Assembly (NCBI GenBank): GCA_024405075.1
Contig: JAKSPG010000001.1
Coordinates: forward strand, 1-33,567
Reading direction: 5' to 3'
DNA: 33,567 nucleotides
DNA from: Elusimicrobiaceae bacterium
GTDB taxonomy: Bacteria; Elusimicrobiota; Elusimicrobia; Elusimicrobiales; Elusimicrobiaceae
Positions 18,515 to 26,090 of this stretch are shown in pieces. Numbering within the stretch: the first letter of the stretch is position 1; each line of letters begins with the position of its first letter. Below the pieces are notes generated by a model that had not been told where the DNA came from, ran no database searches, and saw only the letters and a list, made by a program, of their open reading frames with translations. A program made the translations under genes and the position numbers.

Positions 18515-19788
18515 TGTTTTATAAACTTTTAACATTTTTTTATTATTTGCGGGCCAAATATTGGTTGCGATTTTCTTCTCGTGCTAAGTTGGAAAGATAC
18601 CAACAAAAGCAACTCAAACGTATTTTAGGGTATATGAAAAAGCATAACCCCTTTTATCACACTAAAAATCTTTCTGAGAGAGATTTGCCTTCTTGGCCTT
18701 GTATGGATAAATACAATTTGATGACTCATTTCGACGAGCTTAATACGGCGCATATTCCTCTTGCGCAAGCGCAGCGCATCGCCCAACAGGCCGAAGTAAC
18801 GCGTGATTTTACCCCCAAAATAGGTAAATATAGCGTGGGGCTTTCTTCAGGCACTTCAGGGATAAGAGGCGTGTTTTTAATTAGCCCGCGTGAGCAAGCT
18901 CAATGGAGCGGGACCATTTTGGCTAAAATGTTACCTAAATCTATTTTTTGTAAACAGAAAATTGCATTTTTCTTGCGAGCTGATAATAACTTGTATGAAA
19001 GTGTAAAGAGCCATATTATACAGTTTAAATTTTTTGATTTGAAAAAACCGTTTGAACAACATATTTCTATTTTGAAAAATTTTCAGCCCGATATTTTGGT
19101 TGCACCTCCTACGGTACTGTATCTATTGGCCCAAGCGCAAGAACAAGAAAAATTACATATTGCCCCAATAAAAATTATTTCGGTGGCAGATGTGCTGTAT
19201 GATGATGTGAAACAATATATAAGCCGTATTTTTAAACAAAAAGTACATCAAATTTACCAAGCTACCGAAGGTCTTATTGCTTGTACTTGTGCGCAAGGGC
19301 ATTTGCACTTAAACGAAGAGTTGATGCTTGTTCAGCAAAAAAACTTAGAGAAAAACTCGGGCCGTTTTATACCGGTATTAACTGATTTTAACCGTACCAC
19401 ACAACCGATTATTCGCTATGAACTGAATGATATTTTGACATTGAGTTCCCAGCCTTGCTTTTGTGGTAACCCTTCGTTGGTAATTGAGCGCATAGAAGGA
19501 CGGTGTGATGATGTGCTATATGCTCCGGGTAACCCATTGCACCCGGTGTTTCCGGATTTTATTGTACGGCTTGTACTTCAATATTTGCCGTTTGTGGGTA
19601 ATTTCCAATTTCGGCAAGTTTCTCTAACAAAGGCTCAGTTGGCTTTGCCGGTTGATATGAAATGCCCACCAGAATTACTCACGCAACTAAAACAGGTTTT
19701 ACCCATACAAATTGATGTAACGGTGTGGCGGCCCACTACGGATTTGACCCATAAACAAAAGCGTGTAGTGCGGGAGTTTTCGGTATGA
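18514..19788 (+). CDS. Putative adenylate-forming enzyme (F390 synthetase / PaaK-like)
   Basis: GLSSGTSG, IYQATEG, IIRYELND, IEGR; ATG 18514 in a TAATG overlap with the MBL stop. Confidence 0.88.
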   Translation: MFYKLLTFFYYLRAKYWLRFSSRAKLERYQQKQLKRILGYMKKHNPFYHTKNLSERDLPSWPCMDKYNLMTHFDELNTAHIPLAQAQRIAQQAEVTRDFTPKIGKYSVGLSSGTSGIRGVFLISPREQAQWSGTILAKMLPKSIFCKQKIAFFLRADNNLYESVKSHIIQFKFFDLKKPFEQHISILKNFQPDILVAPPTVLYLLAQAQEQEKLHIAPIKIISVADVLYDDVKQYISRIFKQKVHQIYQATEGLIACTCAQGHLHLNEELMLVQQKNLEKNSGRFIPVLTDFNRTTQPIIRYELNDILTLSSQPCFCGNPSLVIERIEGRCDDVLYAPGNPLHPVFPDFIVRLVLQYLPFVGNFQFRQVSLTKAQLALPVDMKCPPELLTQLKQVLPIQIDVTVWRPTTDLTHKQKRVVREFSV

Positions 19789-20914
19789 TACGTTTTATCA
19801 GTCCGCAACAATATGCTACTTATACGCCCCCGGATAATCCCCAAGCACGTGCGGTTTATCAGTATGTAAAACCTTTTATAGAAAAGGGTAGCCGGGCTCT
19901 CATCCATAACGTAGATACCGAGGTATGGCTTGCTCAAATTGATGATATTCTATTACCGGTAACCAAAAACACAGCCCAGTATGAAAATTCCTATGTGTGT
20001 TCGTTGTATACGCATTATATTTCGTATTGTAAAGAAGAGATGAATATCGTTGGGATAGGGGGCCTCAAATATTTATTTGCGCCGCTATTAGGACTGTTGG
20101 GCTGGATGGCAAACGAGCTCAAATGAACAAAGTCGTTATTCTAAACAATTTTATACTTTCTACCAATTTATATGTTCCGGTATTTAAGGCACAATATCAA
20201 GAGTTGGTTCGGGCAGCTCAAAAACAATTCCCAGAATTTTTAATTGCTTTTCGCTCGCTAAACGAGGATTATAACGCCATTGCATTAGCTGATCTAACGT
20301 CTTTGGATGGTCATAAAATTGCCTCCCGTCGTGTTTACTTATTAAAACCCGAAAATATCCGTTCTTGCGCTAAAAAATTATTGCGCAAAGATGAAAACAC
20401 AAAACAAGCAAAAAACTACTGCTGGGCCAGCGCATCACTAGCGGATGTGCCGGATATAAATCAATTTCACGAAGCATTATATTTGAAGAAATATTCTCGT
20501 CTTAATCCACAATTTACCCAGTTATTTTATCGTCATATTTTGCAGAATGCATTATTTCGGGTACGAATGCTAAGAAAAGGGGTTAAAAACAGAGGGGTGT
20601 GTGGTCTTTTTGTGCATGGGAGCGGGGTTACGGCTCCCGTTTTCGGATACGCGCCTGATAGTACAACGCAAGATGCCTTGTATCGTGTTTTATCTTTGTG
20701 GGGATGGGAGATGATCCAAGATAAGGAACCGCTTAATATCAATTTTTCGTCCGGTGTATCTCTTTTTAAACGAGCCCGCGGCGCAGTAGGACGCACGGAA
20801 TATACTGTGCTATTTTATAACCATTTATCTATTGGGAGAAGATGGTTTTGGAAATGGTTCGCCGGGTTTATAAATCGGGTTGCTTTGCCCATTATGATTT
20901 GGAAGAAGTACTAG
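19785..20914 (+). pseudogene. Probable single GNAT-like/hypothetical protein split by a 1-nt frameshift at ~20112 (ORFs 19785-20126 and 20123-20914)
   Basis: Adding one A in gcAAAcgagctcaaatg gives ..WMAKRAQMNKVVILNN.. in one frame; contains YVCS, NNxxLSTNLY, LYLKKYSRLNPQFT, NFSSG..FKRARG. Two ATGA-coupled genes is the alternative reading. Confidence 0.55.
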
Positions 20915-21809
20915 GCAAGGAACGAAAGGATTGCCCTGTAATTTTCACCCATTTTTGGTTACTGCATAACCAATGTCCCGTAATATTCATTTCATTAATT
21001 TTATCGTAATTTAGTAGGGCTGGCCCGTTGAGCGGTTTAGCCAAAAATTGATAGAGCCGAATTGCAGCGCCGGCTAAACGGGGGTTTATGTTTAGAAAAC
21101 GGACGTTGCGGTTAGCTACCGCTTGAATCAGTTGTTTCCATGTATAAGCGTTTGGATCTGCCACAAAAAAGGTTTGATTTAATACTTCTGCTTTCTGAAT
21201 CGCTATTACGATAGCATTCGTGAGATCTTCCACATGAATTACACTATATAAAACAGTAGGGGTTGGATCTATAAAAAATCCATATTTTAAGAAAGGCGCT
21301 AAATCACTTAGGCCGCTAGCGTTTGGACCATACACAATGGGCGGCCGAAGAATGACAAAAGGTGTTTTGAGGTGGGATAGTTCTTTTTCTGCTGCTAATT
21401 TAGTCCGGCCATAATCGGCAACCGGATTACAAGGGAAGGATTCATCTATGGGCTGCTTAGTAGGGGCCGGGCCCGCCGCCGCTTGGCTGGAGATATGAAT
21501 AAATCGTTTTAGCGTAGGAGTTTTATTAGCTGCTTGTATTAATGAGCAGGTTGGTAATACAGTACCGTTAAAGTACCCTTCTGCTGTGAAACTAAAAAGA
21601 CATCCGGTTAAATTAACTAAATAATCTATTCCTTGTAATGCTTGCGTTAAGGAAGAAATATCTTGATAATCAACCACGAAAGTAGGGAACGGATTTTGTT
21701 GTTTTGCTTTACGTGATAAAATCCGCACCTGAAAATTATGTTGAGTTAGTTTCGCGGCTAAATGTTGACCAATAAACCCACTTCCACCCGCAATGGCTAC
21801 TGTAAACAT
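20892..21809 (-). CDS. NAD-dependent epimerase/dehydratase family protein
   Basis: GGSGFIG; ISSQAAAG; YGRTK; LRPPIVYGP. Confidence 0.9.
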   Translation of the reverse strand: MFTVAIAGGSGFIGQHLAAKLTQHNFQVRILSRKAKQQNPFPTFVVDYQDISSLTQALQGIDYLVNLTGCLFSFTAEGYFNGTVLPTCSLIQAANKTPTLKRFIHISSQAAAGPAPTKQPIDESFPCNPVADYGRTKLAAEKELSHLKTPFVILRPPIVYGPNASGLSDLAPFLKYGFFIDPTPTVLYSVIHVEDLTNAIVIAIQKAEVLNQTFFVADPNAYTWKQLIQAVANRNVRFLNINPRLAGAAIRLYQFLAKPLNGPALLNYDKINEMNITGHWLCSNQKWVKITGQSFRSLPSTSSKS

Positions 21810-21884
21810 ATATGTATCATATCATTTCTTGAAATAACTTGACTTCTAGGCCTAGAAGAAGCGTGAATGCGTAGATATTTATAA

Positions 21885-22083
21885 GCAAGTGCACCACTTC
21901 CTATCTAGTCCGGTCAGCATAAAGAGAGAAGATTTTGCCGAAAATCTCACAAACACGCAAGAAACCGCGTGCTCAAAGTGGTGCACAAAAAAATCCCCGT
22001 CGGAGCTAAACTCTAACGGGGATTTATGCTAATAATTTAAAACTAAAATACGGAGTGCGTAGTTTGGGTAGCAGGATGCTAAC
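21885..22083 (+). repeat. Junction J4: full, more diverged cassette repeat
   Basis: acttcctatc...gtcagcataaa...aaaaaatccccgtcggag..ctctaacggggatttatgct...aaaactaaaatacggagtgcgtagtttgggtagcaggatgct. Confidence 0.92.
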
Positions 22084-22097
22084 ATTCTAAATAAAGT

Positions 22098-22124
22098 AAA
22101 AACCCTACATTTCTGCAGGGTTTT
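22098..22124 (-). terminator. Terminator of the ECF sigma operon
   Basis: aaaaccct...agggtttt hairpin ~12 bp after the stop at 22136. Confidence 0.65.
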
Positions 22125-22135
22125 AAGTATAGGAG

Positions 22136-22945
22136 TTATTTGTCGGTTTTTTCTAGCACGTAATAGGCGGGTTTTTGACCACGGAAAACATAATCACCGC
22201 TTTTCCATTCAAAGAACATGTACTCTTTACCACCTATCTTTTTAATTTCATAAGCCGAGTTTGTCTTGTCCCCTTTGTGTAAGATATGGCCTTTTGTCCA
22301 CGTAATAGCGGGTGACATGGGCGTCTTGCCGTTGGGTTGCAAAGTCAATTTTTTCAAATACAAATCCCCTTTCCAAAATTTTTCTCCGGGTTTGAATTGG
22401 CTAGGCTCAAAGACGAAATCAACCGATTTCCACTTGCCAACTGCTTGAGGGTCATTTTTGAAAGGCATATTGATATTATCCGTGCGCAAATTAGACGTTT
22501 TGCGAAGTACATAATACGAGGGTTTTAACCCCAAACATGTATAATCGCCGCTTTTCCATTCAAAGAATAAGTAATCCTGGCCATTGATTTTCTTAATCTC
22601 ATAAGCGGAATCGGTTTTGTCGCCTTGGTGTAAAATATGGCCTTTGGTCCACGTAAAACCGGAATTGACCACCTTGCCTTCTGGTAAGAAGGTCAGTTCT
22701 TGCAGGAAAAGGTCGCCACGGAAAGATTTTTGAGAAGGATTAAAATCTTCTATCTCATCCACAAAATCTACCGATACCCAATTGCCTTGCAGTTGGGCGT
22801 CATCCACAAACGGAAGATTGACTTCATCTTGCTTGGGATTTATTTTTGCATTTGGACCAAAAGCTGTCTCACAATTCGGGTTAGCCATGGCCGAAAGGAC
22901 AAGTCCTGTACAGAAAACAATTAACGTCATCAATTTACGAGACAT
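22136..22945 (-). CDS. Secreted protein with two tandem ~115-aa repeats
   Basis: Signal peptide (..SAMA); duplicated WxSVDFV..WTKGHILHxGDKTxSAYEIKKIxGxxYxFFEWKSGDY..KPxYYVL. Confidence 0.82.
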   Translation of the reverse strand: MSRKLMTLIVFCTGLVLSAMANPNCETAFGPNAKINPKQDEVNLPFVDDAQLQGNWVSVDFVDEIEDFNPSQKSFRGDLFLQELTFLPEGKVVNSGFTWTKGHILHQGDKTDSAYEIKKINGQDYLFFEWKSGDYTCLGLKPSYYVLRKTSNLRTDNINMPFKNDPQAVGKWKSVDFVFEPSQFKPGEKFWKGDLYLKKLTLQPNGKTPMSPAITWTKGHILHKGDKTNSAYEIKKIGGKEYMFFEWKSGDYVFRGQKPAYYVLEKTDK

Positions 22946-22954
22946 AAGCGCTCC

Positions 22955-23266
22955 TTATTGGAAATGAATATAATCGGGTTGGCTTTCAAGCCCCCGGGGG
23001 CCGCATTCGCCAAAATTCTGCGCTACGTATATATTCGTGGCATGTAAAGCAGACGGCCCTAACAATTCTACTGGGTGGGGCTGACGTACATACAATCCTA
23101 TCCCTAGAAGTACAAGCAAACTTCCCACGGCTAATGCCCATTGAAAACGCCGCGGGGCATGGCAGGTCAATTTCCGTTCCAAGACCATTCTTACACGTTC
23201 TTTTGTCGTAGTACTGGGTTGGAAACCGCTCTCTAACACCGTGTTCAATTTGTTCTTGTATTTCAT
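22955..23266 (-). CDS. Putative single-TM anti-sigma factor
   Basis: Overlaps the ECF sigma stop by 4 nt; one TM helix; function inferred from position. Confidence 0.6.
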   Translation of the reverse strand: MKYKNKLNTVLESGFQPSTTTKERVRMVLERKLTCHAPRRFQWALAVGSLLVLLGIGLYVRQPHPVELLGPSALHATNIYVAQNFGECGPRGLESQPDYIHFQ

Positions 23267-23760
23267 AGCTCATTTCCTAATTTGAATTTTAATTTTTTAA
23301 CGGCCCGGTGTAAAAGGACACCTACATTACTTTGTGAGAGCCCTGTAATAGCGGCAATATCAGTCTGTTTAAGACGTTGATAATAATGCAGGTTGATAAG
23401 CTCTCGCTCTTGGCTTGTCAACACCTCTAAAGCAGCTTGCAGTTCTTCCTCCAAAGAGGTCCGTTCCAACGTGCGGGCCGGATTATCATCCATCGGTAAA
23501 TTCTCTTCTTGCTGTGGTGTAAACGAAAACCAAGAACGGATTTTCTTACGCCGGGAAAAATCTACCGTTACACTATGGGCAATGGTAAAAATCCACGCCT
23601 CAATAGGGGATTTATCTGCATTGTATGAATTGAACTTTCTATACAATTTTTCAAAAATACACGCCGTTAAATCTTCCGCTTCCGTATCCGTCTCACAGCG
23701 GTAACGTGCATAGTTGTAAACACGTACAAAGAAAGTTTCATACAATTCTTCAAACTGCAT
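23263..23760 (-). CDS. ECF RNA polymerase sigma factor
   Basis: AEDL, AWIFTIA (region 2); ERELINLHY..IAAITGLSQSNVGVLLHRA (region 4); AAGGAG RBS. Confidence 0.93.
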   Translation of the reverse strand: MQFEELYETFFVRVYNYARYRCETDTEAEDLTACIFEKLYRKFNSYNADKSPIEAWIFTIAHSVTVDFSRRKKIRSWFSFTPQQEENLPMDDNPARTLERTSLEEELQAALEVLTSQERELINLHYYQRLKQTDIAAITGLSQSNVGVLLHRAVKKLKFKLGNEL

Positions 23761-23793
23761 AAGTGCTCCTTTTTTAGGTCCGTCACTAGTTAA

Positions 23794-23819
23794 TACGCAG
23801 CACCTAACAAAATATTACA
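23794..23819 (-). promoter_or_regulatory. ECF-type autoregulatory promoter
   Basis: TGTAAT-N16-CGTA upstream of the ECF gene, resembling the SigW/SigX-type consensus. Confidence 0.6.
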
Positions 23820-23850
23820 AAATTCTGTATAGAATTGGCCGTTACTAATC

Positions 23851-24020
23851 GCAAGTGCGCGACTTCCTACCTGACCTTGTCAGCATAAAAACAAAAGATT
23901 TGCCACAAATCCCAATAATTCGCCAAAAACCGCATGCTGAAAGTCGTTCATAAAAAAATCCCCGTCGGGAATTAACCTCAACGGGGATTTATGCTGAAAA
24001 TTGAAAACTAAAATACGGAG
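23851..24020 (+). repeat. Junction J5: left-arm-only copy fused to a tRNA 3'-end duplicate (attL-like)
   Basis: Colinear with J1-J4 up to ..gaaaactaaaatacggag, then switches to tRNA sequence tcgacgaga instead of the tagttt..agcactatgct arm. Confidence 0.93.
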
Positions 24021-24029
24021 TCGACGAGA
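24013..24029 (-). repeat. 17-bp direct repeat of the tRNA-Asp 3' end
   Basis: atacggagtcgacgaga at 24013-24029 and 24223-24239. Confidence 0.95.
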
Positions 24030-24186
24030 GTTCGTCCTGCATAAATTTCCTGACGGAAATTTTGCCCGGAACCGCCCTCGCGGTTTTTGCCTTTCGCGGC
24101 TTACGCACGCTCAAACAAAAACATCGCTCCGGGCTTCGAATCTCGACGCAACACCAAGCAGTTGGTGTTGCTCGATACTCCCCATA

Positions 24187-24221
24187 AATTTAAAAACCCG
24201 CACAAGGCGGGTTTTTAAATT
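24187..24221 (-). terminator. tRNA-Asp terminator
   Basis: aatttaaaaacccgc-acaag-gcgggtttttaaatt perfect inverted repeat. Confidence 0.85.
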
Positions 24222-24225
24222 CATA

Positions 24226-24300
24226 CGGAGTCGACGAGATTCGAACTCGCGGTCTCTGCCTTGACAGGGCAGCGTGTTAACCAGGCTACACCACGACTCC
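24226..24300 (-). tRNA. tRNA-Asp(GTC), CCA not encoded
   Basis: GGAGTCG/CGACTCC acceptor stem, GTGT/ACAC D stem, CTGCC-CTGTCAA-GGCAG anticodon arm, TTCGAAT T loop, discriminator G. Confidence 0.97.
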
Positions 24301-24384
24301 AAACAACTCAAATTTTTTCGTACCTATATTGTAGCTTAAATAGACGCATAACGTCAACCGTTTTCCCGTACACGCCAGCTGCGG

Positions 24385-25284
24385 CTACTTAAATTCACCC
24401 CATAAGATCTGCTCTAATTCCAACTCCACACCGTGTTTTTCTTTTACTTTTTGGCGCACTTGATGTATCAGTTCGCGGATATCTTCCGGCGTGGCGTGGT
24501 TGAAATTGATGATAAATCCGGCGTGCTTTTCCGATACTTTGGCTCCGCCCACCGTCAGCCCGCGTAAGCCTGTGTCGTCAATCAGACGTGAGGCATAGTC
24601 GTTTGCCGGGCGTTTGAATACACTGCCAGCACTGGGGTAATCCAGCGGTTGTTTTTCAATGCGTTTGTGCAAAATGGTGTAGCGGCTTTGCGTGAGATGG
24701 GTGAAATCTCCTTTGGTTAATTCAAACCCAGCTGATAACACAATGTAATTTTGTAATTCCTCTACATGACGGTAAGAGTACGTAAGATCCTTTTTGGCAA
24801 ACGTAACGGGGCGGCCTTCCAGGTCTAGCGTGTCCACGTACTGCAAACAATCAAATGTCTCTTGCCCGAACGCGCCTGCGTTCATATACACCGCCCCGCC
24901 GATACTGCCCGGAATACCCGAAAGTTTTTCCATTCCCGCCAGGCCCGCCTGACAGGATTCCTCGCACACTTTATCTAACGCGGCACCCGCTTGTGCCTTG
25001 ATGCTGGTGCCTTCCAGCGAAATATGGTTCATACGTTTAGTAGAGCAAACAATTCCACCCAGGCCTTTGCTACCTACTAAAATATTGGAACCGAAACCGA
25101 TAATATGTAATGGAATTTGAAAAGACCGCGCCAACTTAAGCACAAAGGCCCACTCCTGCGGCGAAGACGGATACACATACACCTGCGCCGGGCCACCGGT
25201 GCGATAGGTAGTGTGCAGGGCCATCGGCTCATCAAGCAGGCAGTTTTCGCCGAAGAAGTTTTTAAGTTCCTGTTTATAATCCAT
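24385..25284 (-). CDS. murB: UDP-N-acetylmuramate dehydrogenase
   Basis: HTTYRTGG, GSN, GIPGSIGGAVYMNAGA, PSAGSVFKRP, VSEKHAGF, LELE. Confidence 0.97.
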   Translation of the reverse strand: MDYKQELKNFFGENCLLDEPMALHTTYRTGGPAQVYVYPSSPQEWAFVLKLARSFQIPLHIIGFGSNILVGSKGLGGIVCSTKRMNHISLEGTSIKAQAGAALDKVCEESCQAGLAGMEKLSGIPGSIGGAVYMNAGAFGQETFDCLQYVDTLDLEGRPVTFAKKDLTYSYRHVEELQNYIVLSAGFELTKGDFTHLTQSRYTILHKRIEKQPLDYPSAGSVFKRPANDYASRLIDDTGLRGLTVGGAKVSEKHAGFIINFNHATPEDIRELIHQVRQKVKEKHGVELELEQILWGEFK

Positions 25285-25298
25285 GGTTGATTAGATGA

Positions 25299-25997
25299 CT
25301 AAAAGTTTAAACCCAACCCGCCCTGAAAACCGTGATTGTGCGTCGTGTAGGTGTACGAGCCGTATACATACACAAACGGGAAAGGATGTACGTTGACTCC
25401 GGCGGTGTAGCGCATGGCTCCGTCGGAAGTGGAGCGGTTCCCAATGCGGCGCACGGACAGATCGCCATAGTCGTAACCGAGGCCCACATACGGGGTGAAA
25501 ACTAAAAGGGAAGTAGATGCTACCGCGGAAACGGAATAGTGGTCGGTCGTGTAATAATCGGTTTTAGCACGGTCATAAAATCCGGACAACGAAAGATGCA
25601 CCACTTCCAGCACGTTATAGCCGTACTTAATGCCGCCGCCAAACGATTCAAATCCGTTCAAGTCCGTGCCGCGCAAGGCCAGCGTAATGTTGGCTACAGG
25701 GATGAACGTTTCTGCCGTTACAAAACCGGTAAACAAGAAATCTTCGGAGGAAATATCATTGTCTTTCCCTACTTTTACCGCACTTGCGGTGCCGCCAATA
25801 TCAAACCCGGGGAAAGTGGTTGCTTTGCCGGTGTGGAAATCAGCCATGCCGATTAAGGCGTTGATATCGCGGTTATAGGCGGACAAGTTAGCCCCGACGG
25901 AGTAATGGTCTCTAAAATCGTTAGAAATGTTAGAGGAAGCTTGGGCCCCTGTTACAACCAAGAGGGGGATAAGTACAGTAAACAGTAATTTTCTCAT
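25299..25997 (-). CDS. Probable outer-membrane beta-barrel protein
   Basis: Signal peptide (AQA), TPYVGLGY strand, C-terminal GLGLNF. Confidence 0.65.
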   Translation of the reverse strand: MRKLLFTVLIPLLVVTGAQASSNISNDFRDHYSVGANLSAYNRDINALIGMADFHTGKATTFPGFDIGGTASAVKVGKDNDISSEDFLFTGFVTAETFIPVANITLALRGTDLNGFESFGGGIKYGYNVLEVVHLSLSGFYDRAKTDYYTTDHYSVSAVASTSLLVFTPYVGLGYDYGDLSVRRIGNRSTSDGAMRYTAGVNVHPFPFVYVYGSYTYTTHNHGFQGGLGLNF

Positions 25998-26090
25998 ACG
26001 TTCTCCATTTGCGAAAGTTTAAGATATATAATATGATAGAAAAAGAGGGGCGTAAGTGCAAGCTGCCCCAACCGGTAAAAGGAGAATTTT

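Larger units (their letters stand above)
3490..24020. mobile_element. Tandem array of five integrase-less cassettes/islets at a duplicated tRNA-Asp 3' end
   Basis: Six junctions (cores at 3490, 4682, 8081, 9330, 22049, 24014), all intergenic or at gene ends and in the same orientation, delimit functionally unrelated modules. Cargo looks more AT-rich than the flanks (by eye). Confidence 0.8.

Noticed and set aside
4522-24020. Repeats as a CRISPR array
   Set aside because: Units are ~200 bp, diverged and separated by 1-12.5 kb of genes; no cas genes.
4522-24020. Classical integron attC sites
   Set aside because: The repeats are not one long imperfect palindrome bounded by RYYYAAC/GTTRRRY, no intI is present, cargo is in mixed orientation with its own promoters, and the core matches a tRNA end.
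4522-24020. MITE/IS or REP copies
   Set aside because: No terminal inverted repeats or target duplications seen; all copies are co-oriented, confined to one interval, and the terminal copies are reciprocal halves.
3490-24020. Prophage or ICE
   Set aside because: No structural, replication, conjugation or integrase genes recognisable.
24001-24311. ORFs 24001-24264 (+) and 24111-24311 (-)
   Set aside because: They overlap the tRNA, its terminator and the junction; no protein-like features.
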